Source: Xenococcaceae cyanobacterium (GTDB taxonomy: Bacteria; Cyanobacteriota; Cyanobacteriia; Cyanobacteriales; JBFRWF01). Taken from it: a DNA stretch of 64,000 nucleotides. The stretch is taken from positions 12,448-76,447 of the forward strand of contig JBFRWF010000101.1 of NCBI GenBank assembly GCA_051439465.1. The letters are read 5' to 3'. Position numbers and translations under genes: made by a program. Positions 1 to 9,118 of this stretch are shown here, one piece after another (positions within the stretch are counted from its first letter, which is position 1; the number at the start of each line of letters is the position of its first letter). The notes below the pieces were generated by a model. That model saw nothing but the letters and a program-made list of their open reading frames with translations. It had not been told where the DNA came from and ran no database searches.

Positions 1-2
1 AA

Positions 3-1097
3 TCTTCCGAATTACAAGATTTAGACAAGCATATTGCTTATTACTCAAAAGTATTGTCCCATCTGTTGAATGAGGAACACCTCTCTAGTTCTCAGGGTTT
101 TGATATCACAAATAAAAATCCCCACAAAACTTTCAATACTATAAGTTCCCTTTACTCCGTCATCCCGAAGAATTTTTGCTTTCACAACCCATCGGATACC
201 CCACAGTTAGAAAAACTAGCGATTATGATTGTTAGTAGTCGGGAATGCGATGGGAGGAGAGGAAATCCTAATCGAGAACAAAGAATCTCTAACCTGGTAG
301 GGGAAGTTGTCACTGTCAACCGCCTTGAAAGCGGTGCTATTCAGTTACGGACTTGGAAGACTTTAGCGGATAATTACCTGGCGCAAAGGATGTATCGTCA
401 ACCCGCTGTTATTCTTGATGCGGTGAATAACCTTTATCGTCAAGGATATCGCCACTTGTTGTATATTGCTAAAGCTCCCTATACCAGTAGTCTGAATTTA
501 ACCCACCAACCAGATGATGATGATGGATTGTTTTTTCTCTCTAGGGACTTAATTAGCTATTTACATAAGCACCATGAGGATATTAAGCTATACCCGATAT
601 TTTTCGATAAGTACTATGTGCGGAAACTGAAAAATTATCCGTCTTCCTCTTTATATATTCAGGATACAGGAGAGTTAACTGGATTGGTGGACGACCCCAG
701 TCAGAAAGCGGTGGTGTTTTTTAATCTCTTTAATAAGATTACTATAGGCAGGGATAATGAGCGGTTTTATAATGGGGTGATTTCCTATGCTACTTTATTG
801 AATATTTATCAAGGAATTTTGGATGACCAAGATATTCGCCAGGGGTTGATTTATGATACGGGGATAAAAAACGATATCTTGCAGTATTTAACTCTGTTTC
901 ACTTTTCCCGGTATGAAAAGGCTTACGATATCAATTTGAAGTTAGATCCCTACCAGAATATTATTGGGGATGAGTCGGTGGGTAAACGATCCTTGTTTAA
1001 ACACATGGGAGGAGATGGAGAGTTTAACTGTTTGGCTTTTTTGACTGAGGTGCGCAAGGCGTTATGGAAACCACAGGGAATACTAAATCCGGTTTGA
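3..1097 (+). CDS. 5'-partial hypothetical protein, possible divergent PIWI/RNase H-like C-terminal domain
   Basis: The frame is open from position 3 (SSELQDLDKHIAYYSKVLSHLL...), so the start lies left of the window. The order of predicted strands and helices parallels PIWI (see findings). The last residues ILNPV* come from a MITE end at 1083. Confidence 0.5.
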   Translation, partial: SSELQDLDKHIAYYSKVLSHLLNEEHLSSSQGFDITNKNPHKTFNTISSLYSVIPKNFCFHNPSDTPQLEKLAIMIVSSRECDGRRGNPNREQRISNLVGEVVTVNRLESGAIQLRTWKTLADNYLAQRMYRQPAVILDAVNNLYRQGYRHLLYIAKAPYTSSLNLTHQPDDDDGLFFLSRDLISYLHKHHEDIKLYPIFFDKYYVRKLKNYPSSSLYIQDTGELTGLVDDPSQKAVVFFNLFNKITIGRDNERFYNGVISYATLLNIYQGILDDQDIRQGLIYDTGIKNDILQYLTLFHFSRYEKAYDINLKLDPYQNIIGDESVGKRSLFKHMGGDGEFNCLAFLTEVRKALWKPQGILNPV

Positions 1098-1180
1098 TTA
1101 CCCCCCTTTTCTTGAAGACAGACGGGGAGAGGGGGAGATGGGGAGAGGGGGAGACAGGGAGACGGGGAGACGGGGAGAAA
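1083..1180. mobile_element. Partial MITE (left end plus GGGGAGA-type tandem repeats)
   Basis: TA followed by CTAAATCCGGTTTGATTACCCCCCTTTT, homologous to the ends at 2939 and 21197. No matching right end seen. Confidence 0.65.
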
Positions 1181-1308
1181 ATAGCTGCTCAGTTATTTAA
1201 TGATGGCAGGACTAGCCCAATTTCCAAGTTCCCAATCACAGAATTTTACGGCGGGTTCAATCCCCTGTTATAAATTCTTCCCAGTCACCTTGAATTCAAT
1301 GTCTTTCT

Positions 1309-2055
1309 CTAAACCACTTGTTTAATAGCGCTCAAATAGTAACTCACCGCCTCATCTGCATTCCCAGCAAACCGAATTTTGCCTTGATCTAGCCAAATGG
1401 CTCGCTGGCAGGACTCTTTAATAAAGTCCAGCGCATGAGATACTACCAGAACTGTGGCATGTCCATCCCAGAATTTCTCAATCCGCTGCTGACACTTTTT
1501 TTTAAAGTTTTCATCTCCAACTGAAAGCACTTCATCCAAAATTAAAATATCTGGCTGAACATCGGTAGCGATCGCAAACCCCAACCGAGCCACCATCCCT
1601 GAAGACAATGCTTTCACCGGAGCAAGGGCATAATCTTCCAACTCAGCAAACTCCAAAATCAACTGGGCTCTGTCCTTCATCTCCTGCCGAGAAAATCCCA
1701 ACATTACTCCATAGAGTATGATGTTATCCATCACGGAAAGTTCTACATCAAATCCAGCTCCCAGCTCAATCAGTGGTGCAATTTGACCTCGCACTCGCAT
1801 CTTTCCACTCGTTGGCTGCAATATACCACATATTACCTTGAGCAAGGTTGATTTTCCGGAACCATTCGCCCCAATAATCCCCACTTTTTCACCCCCTTCT
1901 ACCACCAGGTCGATTCTATCGAGTACTAACTTCCTGACAGCTTTGCCATACTTTCCCGCCAAAAGAGATAGCACCGTTTTCTTCAGGTCATAAGAAAATT
2001 CTTCCTGTGTCCTTCGCCACAGCGAAACTTGGTCTAGTCTAATAACTTCCGTCAT
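1309..2055 (-). CDS. wzt: Polysaccharide export ABC transporter ATP-binding subunit (Wzt-like, no C-terminal sugar-binding domain)
   Basis: Walker A GANGSGKST, signature LSSGMVARLGFAIA, Walker B ILILDEVLSVGD; adjacent to the permease. Confidence 0.9.
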   Translation of the reverse strand: MTEVIRLDQVSLWRRTQEEFSYDLKKTVLSLLAGKYGKAVRKLVLDRIDLVVEGGEKVGIIGANGSGKSTLLKVICGILQPTSGKMRVRGQIAPLIELGAGFDVELSVMDNIILYGVMLGFSRQEMKDRAQLILEFAELEDYALAPVKALSSGMVARLGFAIATDVQPDILILDEVLSVGDENFKKKCQQRIEKFWDGHATVLVVSHALDFIKESCQRAIWLDQGKIRFAGNADEAVSYYLSAIKQVV

Positions 2056-2862
2056 CTACAACAAGTCCATGAATTGGGGCTGCCACCGGAGAAAGCACAA
2101 TCGGCCCAGGGCCAAAATAATCACACCATTTAACCATGAGTGCCCAATCAAGATAAAATCAGGCAACGCTCCTGACAAGGCAATCTGACGAATACTTTCA
2201 ATAATCGGCAACAAGGGATTCAAGAGCAAAAATATTTTCACAGGGGCAGGCACGATTGCTGTGGGATAGAATACAGGACTGGCAATCCACAAGACAAAAC
2301 AAACTAGCTCATAGAAATAGGGCAAATCCCGAAAAAATATATATAGGGTACTGACGAGAAACCCAATCCCTGTACAAACCAAACTCAGAGCGAGTAACGG
2401 CAAAAGCAACGCCAGCACATTTACCAGACTCCTGGAAGTCACCAAAGTCACAATCGCTACCAGCGGCAATCCTCCAACTGCAAGCTGAAACATATTCGCC
2501 CCAATCATCGACACGGGAAAAATACTGATTGGCAGCCGAATTTTATTTAATAGGGCCCCGTTGTCTACCACACTCACTAATGCTTGAGAGGTGGAACCGG
2601 TGAAAAAGTGAATCACTACCAGTCCAGTAAATGCCGCCAAGACATAGTTAATAGTCGAGTTGTCATAGTAGGCAGCAAAAGTGGCTCCAAAAATAGCTGT
2701 ATATAGTCCCGTCATAACCAAAGGATTCACAAGAGACCAATACACGCCGAGAAATGAACCTCGATAGCGCCTCTTCAAGTTCCGTTCCACTAAAACAAAC
2801 AGCAACTCCCAATATCGCTGAAGTTGCGACCAACTAGAGCTAGTTTTAATGGATAGGGTCAT
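2056..2862 (-). CDS. wzm: Polysaccharide export ABC-2 permease (Wzm-like)
   Basis: RNLKRRYRGSFLGVYWSLVNPL, FFRDLPY and LNPL motifs; multiple hydrophobic helices. Confidence 0.9.
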   Translation of the reverse strand: MTLSIKTSSSWSQLQRYWELLFVLVERNLKRRYRGSFLGVYWSLVNPLVMTGLYTAIFGATFAAYYDNSTINYVLAAFTGLVVIHFFTGSTSQALVSVVDNGALLNKIRLPISIFPVSMIGANMFQLAVGGLPLVAIVTLVTSRSLVNVLALLLPLLALSLVCTGIGFLVSTLYIFFRDLPYFYELVCFVLWIASPVFYPTAIVPAPVKIFLLLNPLLPIIESIRQIALSGALPDFILIGHSWLNGVIILALGRLCFLRWQPQFMDLL

Positions 2863-2938
2863 AGGGTGGTAAAAAGCATAGAAGGATTCAAGGGCGTATT
2901 TTATAGATACCTGGCAAATTTGTCGAGTAGCACTGATA

Positions 2939-3083
2939 CCAAATCCGGGTTAACTACCCCCTTTTTGAAGGAAACAGGGAACAGGGAACAGGGAACAGGG
3001 AACAGGGAAAGGGAAAGGAAAACAGGGAGCAGGGGAAGAAAAATACAGAAAATTGATAAAGGGAGTTTTAGACCCGGATTCAG
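2939..3083. mobile_element. MITE, about 145 bp, TA target duplication
   Basis: TA-CCAAATCCGGGTTAACTACCCCCTT ... AAGGGAGTTTTAGACCCGGATTCAG-TA: imperfect terminal inverted repeats around an internal CAGGGAA heptamer run. Confidence 0.8.
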
Positions 3084-3211
3084 TATGAGTATCCCCTTGA
3101 GAACATCGGTTCAGTAAAGAGCTAAGGGCAAAAACTGCTCTTCCTGCTTATCTTGCCAGATTCCGCTAAACTGAGGGATGGTCAATCGCATTAATCTTAA
3201 CTTAAGTGACA

Positions 3212-3406
3212 ATGGAAATCGGGCAAAAAGTCAAAGTCTACCGTCTCAGAGACCGGGTATCCTCCGACATTGTTGACAAATTGGGGAAAATTGGCACAAT
3301 CAAAGAGTTCAAAATGACTGATGGCAGCGGTGTCGGTGCCGTAGTGGAATTCGACGACAAAACTGCTACCTGGTTTTTTGAAGACGAACTCAAATCTGTA
3401 GTGTAA
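3212..3406 (+). CDS. petP: Cytochrome b6f-associated protein PetP (DUF2862)
   Basis: MEIGQKVKV.RLRDRV...DGSGVG.VVEFDD....WFFEDEL; recognised family in the usual petP-arsA-chlG synteny. Confidence 0.8.
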   Translation: MEIGQKVKVYRLRDRVSSDIVDKLGKIGTIKEFKMTDGSGVGAVVEFDDKTATWFFEDELKSVV

Positions 3407-3438
3407 AGAGGAGGCTCCAGACTCCAGCCAAGAGAAAT

Positions 3439-4536
3439 ATGACCTTAATTCTCACTTTTTTGGGCAAAGGAGGCAGCGGTCGCAGTACTGTAGCGATCGC
3501 CGCTGCTAAAAAACTCGCAAGCCTTGGGGATCGGGTCCTCCTAGCAGGACAAGATCCTGGCCCCGCTTTTGGCTTGCTCCTGGGGGAATCCCCCGGTCCT
3601 GAGCCGGCGGAAATCGCCCCTAATCTAGCAGTAGTGCACCTGCTCTCAACGGTGCTATTAGAGCACAGCTGGGAAGAGATAAAGGAACTAGAAGCGCAAT
3701 ACCTGCGATCGCCCACTTTGAAAAATGTCTACGGTCAAGAATTGGGCATCCTACCCGGCATGGATAGCGCTCTTGCCCTCAATGCCCTTCGCTCCTACAA
3801 CTCCAGCGATAAATATGATGTCATCGTCTACGATGGTCCAGGGAACCTCAGCACTCTAAGGATGCTGGGAACACCAGAAATCCTGAGCTGGTACATCCGT
3901 CGCTTTCGCAAGATATTGAGCGATTCTGACTTGGGGAAAGCGCTCTCCCCCTTTATGCAACCTATTACCAGCGCCATCCTGAATGTGTCATTGAGTGCTG
4001 AAAACTTCGCCCAAGAACCGAGTAAAAAGACCTCCAATCTCTTGGAAGAAGGAAAAGCCGCCTTAGCCGATCCCAACCGGGTTGCTGCTTATCTGGTGAC
4101 CACTGAGGATCCAGGGGCGATCGCTACTGCCAAATATCTCTGGGGTAGCGCTGGGCAAGTCGGACTCACCGTCGGCGGCGTGCTGCTTAACCAAGCCGAG
4201 GCAACCGAAACCCTTGCCACTGAGTTTGCTCCTCTGCCCCTTACCTCCCTTCCCAGTCGCACTGGCGCTGACTGGCAATCCCTGATCGAAGCTTTACCCA
4301 ACTTCCGAGAAGCTTCTCAAGCTCCCAAATCTCTTACCATAGATATATCCAATCGTCAAGTACGCGTTTTCCTGGCTGGTTTCCAGAAAAAAGAGGTGAA
4401 ACTTACTCAATACGGTCCAGAAATCACCGTCGAAGCGGGAGACCAGCGGCGCAATATCATCTTACCTTCTGCCCTGAGCGGTCAACCTGTAAAAGGGGCA
4501 AAATTCCAAGATGGGTATTTGATTATTTCCTTATAG
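3439..4536 (+). CDS. ArsA/Get3-family ATPase (cyanobacterial type with C-terminal alpha-crystallin-like domain)
   Basis: N-terminal GKGGSGRST P-loop, GQELGILPGMD, YDVIVYDG, C-terminal GDQRRNI.LP...GAKF. Confidence 0.85.
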   Translation: MTLILTFLGKGGSGRSTVAIAAAKKLASLGDRVLLAGQDPGPAFGLLLGESPGPEPAEIAPNLAVVHLLSTVLLEHSWEEIKELEAQYLRSPTLKNVYGQELGILPGMDSALALNALRSYNSSDKYDVIVYDGPGNLSTLRMLGTPEILSWYIRRFRKILSDSDLGKALSPFMQPITSAILNVSLSAENFAQEPSKKTSNLLEEGKAALADPNRVAAYLVTTEDPGAIATAKYLWGSAGQVGLTVGGVLLNQAEATETLATEFAPLPLTSLPSRTGADWQSLIEALPNFREASQAPKSLTIDISNRQVRVFLAGFQKKEVKLTQYGPEITVEAGDQRRNIILPSALSGQPVKGAKFQDGYLIISL

Positions 4537-4596
4537 GTAAGAGTTTGAGCCACAGATAAACACATCCGAAGATATTATTCTCCTTACCTTTAAGCT

Positions 4597-5601
4597 ATGT
4601 CTAACTCTCCTACTTCCAACCAGAGCGATTCGCCTGCAGAGGTGCTAAGCGATCGCAAAGCTAAAACCAGGCAACTGCTGGGCATGAAAGGTGCTGCCCC
4701 TGAGGAAAAATCCATCTGGAAAATCCGGTTGCAGCTGATGAAGCCGATTACCTGGATTCCTCTGATCTGGGGTGTTGTCTGCGGTGCAGCCTCCTCTGGT
4801 GGTTACACCTGGACTCTGGAAGACATCCTTAAAGTAGTAGCCTGTATGTTACTTTCTGGTCCGTTAATGGCAGGTTATACCCAAACCCTCAACGATTTCT
4901 ACGATCGGGAAATTGATGCCATTAACGAACCTTACCGCCCCATACCCTCCGGGGCAATTTCTTTTGCCCAGGTAGTGACTCAGATTTGGGTGCTCCTGCT
5001 GGGTGGTTTAGGGCTTGGCTACGCCCTCGATCGGTGGGCAGGTCATGAGTTTCCCAGCCTCACTTGCCTTACCCTTGGGGGGGCATTCCTCGCCTACATC
5101 TACTCTGCCCCACCCCTGAAACTGAAACAGAACGGCTGGCTAGGGAATTATGCCCTCGGTGCTAGTTACATTGCCTTACCCTGGTGGGCGGGACATGCTT
5201 TGTTTGGCTCCCTGAATTGGACAATTGTCATTGTAACCCTGATCTATAGTCTTGCTGGACTGGGTATTGCGGTGGTGAATGACTTCAAAAGTGTGGAGGG
5301 CGATCGCCAGCTTGGTTTAAAATCTCTCCCGGTTATGTTTGGCATTACCACAGCCGCTTGGATTTGCGTATTGATGATTGACATATTCCAAGCGGGGATA
5401 GCCGGATATTTGATCGGCATCCATGAAAAACTCTACGCCACTATTCTGCTGCTGCTGATTATTCCTCAAATCACCTTCCAGGATATGTACTTCCTCCGCG
5501 ATCCTTTGAAAAATGATGTTAAATATCAAGCCAGCGCCCAACCTTTCCTCGTACTAGGGATGCTTGTTGTCGGTTTAGCATTGGGTCATGCGGGAATTTA
5601 A
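4597..5601 (+). CDS. chlG: Chlorophyll synthase
   Basis: IRLQLMKPITWIPLIWG, NDFYDREIDAINEPYRPIPSG, NDFKSVEGDR. Confidence 0.97.
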   Translation: MSNSPTSNQSDSPAEVLSDRKAKTRQLLGMKGAAPEEKSIWKIRLQLMKPITWIPLIWGVVCGAASSGGYTWTLEDILKVVACMLLSGPLMAGYTQTLNDFYDREIDAINEPYRPIPSGAISFAQVVTQIWVLLLGGLGLGYALDRWAGHEFPSLTCLTLGGAFLAYIYSAPPLKLKQNGWLGNYALGASYIALPWWAGHALFGSLNWTIVIVTLIYSLAGLGIAVVNDFKSVEGDRQLGLKSLPVMFGITTAAWICVLMIDIFQAGIAGYLIGIHEKLYATILLLLIIPQITFQDMYFLRDPLKNDVKYQASAQPFLVLGMLVVGLALGHAGI

Positions 5602-5925
5602 GGGGTTTTTAACAGTTCCTTGTAATTTTGGATAATCTTTGCTAATTTCTAAAGACCAATCTCCATAACCCCTTTATTAGACGTAGAGTTTAAAAGTAAT
5701 CTAAGCTCGCTTAGTTTACCCTTAAAGCGTAAACAGCAAAGTTTAGGGTCATTCTCAATAAACCTGTCAATAGGGTCGGATTTTGAGAGAGGTCAAGTAG
5801 ATGTCAGGCAAGCTGAGTGGGAAGTTTGACGGGGTTTTCACCCCGTCAGAGCGATCGCCCTTTGGGGGGAGATACATACAAAGAGCAATTTGTCAAGCTT
5901 TCATTAGATGCATTTGCCTAGATCG

Positions 5926-5942
5926 CCCCCCTGAACGGTTAC
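5926..5942 (+). repeat. Left copy of 17-bp direct repeat bounding the enzyme cassette
   Basis: CCCCCCTGAACGGTTAC, one mismatch to 13154-13170; lies 15 bp beyond the last cassette stop codon. Confidence 0.55.
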
Positions 5943-5957
5943 GAAAATTGATGATTC

Positions 5958-6899
5958 TTACTTTAATTCCTTAGCTCGACCTGCCCCCGATTTGGTAATC
6001 CAAATTGAATCAAAGTTTTTCAGCATAATGTCAGTAGCATTCATCTGTTGATCTGTTCCCATTGGTTTAATAATCGCATTGACATTAGGGTAGATAAAGA
6101 AAGGAATGGAGATCCGACTGTTGGAAAGTTTATGAATGACTTCATGGGGAGTACTGACAAACAAGCCATTCGTCCAGAGTTGCAACATATCCCCCAGGTT
6201 AATGACAAAAGCATCTTCTAAACACATAGCATCAATCCAGGCATTTTTGGTATAAACCCGTAGAGAAGGGGTTGGGAAATACTCTTGGATTAACACGGTA
6301 AAGATGCCGTTATCTGTGTGTTTTCCTGCAACACCACATTCAGGGGGATAGTAAATGGTTCGATGGATTAGGATCGGATCATCAAAATAAGGGTCAAACC
6401 AATCAGCTTCAAGATTCAAAGCAACGGCCAGCGCCCTTAAAAGGGGGGGAACAATTTTGGTCATGATCTCCATTTGAAGCTGATAATGGGATGCAGCAAA
6501 ACCGGGGGCTACGGTTTCATCAGGAATTAAGGTTGGACCAGTAAAGGGGTTGTCCGAAGGTGGACGTTCTAAGCCGAGGTCAAAAATTTCCTTGGGATCG
6601 GGGCCAACCTCTTCATGAAGGGTTTCACCGTAGAGGGGAACGTAGCCTCTAGAGGTCTTGGGATAAACAGTTTGTTTATCCTGGCCGTAGGCTTTTTTAA
6701 GTTCTTCTGGCAACTGGAAAAAGTTACGGGAGGCGTTGATCGTTTGCTGAACCAAATCGGTTGAAATGCCATGATCTTTCAAATAGAAAAATCCATGCTC
6801 GTAGCAAATATCATAGAGGCGCTTGTGTTCTTCATTACCTGAATTTGAACCATTGATATCTTTTAATTTTGTTAACGATATCACTGGCAAGGTATCCAT
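5958..6899 (-). CDS. 2-oxoglutarate/Fe(II)-dependent oxygenase, isopenicillin N synthase-like
   Basis: HGFFYLKDHGI, HTDNG (HxD), INLGDMLQLWTNG...STPHEV, RISIPFF (RxS). Confidence 0.9.
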   Translation of the reverse strand: MDTLPVISLTKLKDINGSNSGNEEHKRLYDICYEHGFFYLKDHGISTDLVQQTINASRNFFQLPEELKKAYGQDKQTVYPKTSRGYVPLYGETLHEEVGPDPKEIFDLGLERPPSDNPFTGPTLIPDETVAPGFAASHYQLQMEIMTKIVPPLLRALAVALNLEADWFDPYFDDPILIHRTIYYPPECGVAGKHTDNGIFTVLIQEYFPTPSLRVYTKNAWIDAMCLEDAFVINLGDMLQLWTNGLFVSTPHEVIHKLSNSRISIPFFIYPNVNAIIKPMGTDQQMNATDIMLKNFDSIWITKSGAGRAKELK

Positions 6900-6914
6900 T
6901 GATACTTCTCCTAT

Positions 6915-7325
6915 TCATGTAGCGATTAGCGTGATAGAAATGAGAGCAAAACCAATTCCGAGCACCTGTTTTAGCGTCAATGTTTCCTGTAATACAACCA
7001 ACGCCAGGGCAATAACAACCAGGGGATAAAGGGCTGATAGGGTTGAAATGATTGCAACTGACCCCTTAGAAACTGCCTTGATATAAAACAGCACACCCAA
7101 AAAGTTGAGCATTCCTGCAATAACGGCTAAAATAGCGCCTTGTGGATGAGTTTCCAGGCGATGGCTGAGGTGGAAAAAAATCAGTAAGGCAACGATTGTT
7201 CCCCCTAATCCCTGGTAGACAATTGCACTTCTCGAGCTAATATACTGAGTCGATAATTTAGGCAAGAAAGCCCAACCTCCCCAACACAAAATTGATAGTA
7301 ATGTTGGTAGAAACCACTCTTTCAT
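6915..7325 (-). CDS. EamA/DMT family small transporter
   Basis: About five hydrophobic helices; LSALYPLV and LQETLTLKQVLGI motifs. Confidence 0.85.
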   Translation of the reverse strand: MKEWFLPTLLSILCWGGWAFLPKLSTQYISSRSAIVYQGLGGTIVALLIFFHLSHRLETHPQGAILAVIAGMLNFLGVLFYIKAVSKGSVAIISTLSALYPLVVIALALVVLQETLTLKQVLGIGFALISITLIAT

Positions 7326-7388
7326 AAGCAACTAAATACTCCCACGGGAGGAACTAACTAAGTGAGCTTGCTTGCTCCCTGTTTCCAT

Positions 7389-8492
7389 CTATTCATACAC
7401 AGCTATCGGCTTACCCAAAATTTCAGTTTGTGGCTCTACACCCAGTCCAGGTGCGTCTGGCGCAAAGGTTTTACCGCCCTGATTACGTGCTCCACCTGTC
7501 GCTGTGTCAACCATCAGCATATCATGGCATAACCAAGTTGCTCGCAAATGGGTTTCTGGGGTAGCCTGGGCCAGATGCACAGCTCCCGTGTCTGCGATTA
7601 TACTACCGCCAGTGTCTTCAATATTCATCCGAATACCCGTTTCCACACAAAAATCTCGGATGCGCTTGGCTTTGGTTAAACCTCCAACACGACCAATCTT
7701 CAGCCCAATAGCCTCACAAGCACGATCAGTTTGAGCACGGACAATATCGCCATAGCGCTGAATACATTCATCTAGGATAATGGGATGAGAAGTGACTCGA
7801 CGGACCTGAAGACATTCTTCATAGGTTTCACAGGGCTGTTCAAAGTAAGTGATCTGGTCGGTTACTGCGTTCATCACTCGAATGGCTTCATCCATCAGCC
7901 AAGCTCGATTAACATCAAAGGTCGCACTTTCATTTGCGGGTAAATAAGAACTCACTGCTTTGATTCTCTTGATGTCTTTAGCAACATCAGCTCCAATCTT
8001 ACAAGTATGGATGGTGTAGCCTTTTTTTTGACCTCTTGCAATCGATTCAATCATTTCTTCTGGAGTGCCAGTGGGAACAGAATTTTGTACGATCACTAGT
8101 TTTTCTAAACGACCACCAAATAGTTCACACAGCGGTAGACCTGTTGCTTTGCCCAGGATATCCCAACAAGCCATATCCAGAGCTGATTTAATATAGGGAT
8201 GACCGGGTAGGGCAATGTCCATCGTCCGATAGATAAAATCGGTGCGTCTGGGATCGAGTCCCAAGAGTTGAGGAGCTAGCTCTTCAATCCCAGCTCTGAC
8301 ACCTCGGGCAAAAGCGGGTAAATAAGTTGAACCCCAAGGGCATCCTTCTCCCCAGCCTCGGATTCCTTCATCTGTATCTATAGCAACGATGGTGGAATCT
8401 AGTTTGTCAAAATACAACCTACCCCCTGATAGTCGGTAAGGATGCTCTAGGGGCAAAGTTACTTGATAGACAGAAATTCGAGATATTTTCAT
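7389..8492 (-). CDS. Enolase-superfamily mandelate racemase/muconate lactonizing enzyme, resembling the hydroxyproline(-betaine) dehydratase/epimerase subgroup
   Basis: GWGEGCPWGSTYLP, KSALDMACWDILGK, metal ligands DVN/EQP/DE, KIGRVGGLT, IED. Confidence 0.85.
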   Translation of the reverse strand: MKISRISVYQVTLPLEHPYRLSGGRLYFDKLDSTIVAIDTDEGIRGWGEGCPWGSTYLPAFARGVRAGIEELAPQLLGLDPRRTDFIYRTMDIALPGHPYIKSALDMACWDILGKATGLPLCELFGGRLEKLVIVQNSVPTGTPEEMIESIARGQKKGYTIHTCKIGADVAKDIKRIKAVSSYLPANESATFDVNRAWLMDEAIRVMNAVTDQITYFEQPCETYEECLQVRRVTSHPIILDECIQRYGDIVRAQTDRACEAIGLKIGRVGGLTKAKRIRDFCVETGIRMNIEDTGGSIIADTGAVHLAQATPETHLRATWLCHDMLMVDTATGGARNQGGKTFAPDAPGLGVEPQTEILGKPIAVYE

Positions 8493-8499
8493 AATGTTT

Positions 8500-9060
8500 T
8501 TAGGTGTTCTTTAAACTCGCGAGGTTGTCAGAAATAATGTCACCATCTTTGAGAAAGTTAGCTAGTTGATAGCCAACATCACTGTCAAGATCGCTGCTGG
8601 TAGATTGTAGAATGGAGTACGTTCCCTCAATGAGAACTTTTGAGTAGCGGGCTTGGCAATCGACAAAACGGATCGCATAAGCCATTCTTGAAGGCAATAC
8701 TCCGTCTTTCAAAGTACAACTTTTGTGCCAAACAAATTTATCTAGCACAAGAGCATCACCTACTTCAAAGTCATCTTCTACTTTATTATTATCCAAAATA
8801 AAAGTTATCAATGGAGAAGCATACTGAAAATTCCAATTCTTAAAGTCTTCAGTCTGCGAAAAATCAGCAATATTCTCTTGTTGCACTAACTGGTAAAGCA
8901 GGTCAAAATACTCGCGGGCAGAATGAATTTGGCGAGATACATAAGCCAAGCCTCCATGTTGCTCTTTCGTATTAATCGGATCGAGCGGTATCCACATCGT
9001 GTAGGCTAAATCTTCTGGCATGACATAACAAAGCGAAAGAAGATCGTGATGCCAACTTAT
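8500..9060 (-). pseudogene. 5'-truncated Fe(II)/2OG dioxygenase (PhyH-like)
   Basis: The frame upstream of the ATG at 9021 reads SWHHDLLSLCYVMPEDLAYTMWIPLDP; VWHKS and RMAYAIRF follow. An in-frame stop at 9127-9129 leaves no room for a normal N-terminal half. Confidence 0.6.
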
Positions 9061-9118
9061 TAAGGAGTAGGGGGGAGAGTCTGAATTATTACAAATCTCT
9101 AATCGCCATCGAGCATTA

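Noticed and set aside
1309-2862. Polysaccharide biosynthesis island
   Set aside because: Only the wzm/wzt pair is present, with no glycosyltransferases adjacent; scattering of such genes is ordinary in cyanobacteria.
3439-4536. Arsenic resistance locus
   Set aside because: No arsRBC; this is the conserved ArsA/Get3-like gene between petP and chlG.
5760-5925. Degenerate IS/MITE end with TGACGGGGTTTTCACCCCGTCA hairpin after chlG
   Set aside because: The hairpin is real, but I could not define paired ends or a target duplication, so it is not called as an element.
8500-9060. Non-heme iron halogenase
   Set aside because: The motif is HHD (His-x-Asp), not HxG/A, and the gene is truncated.
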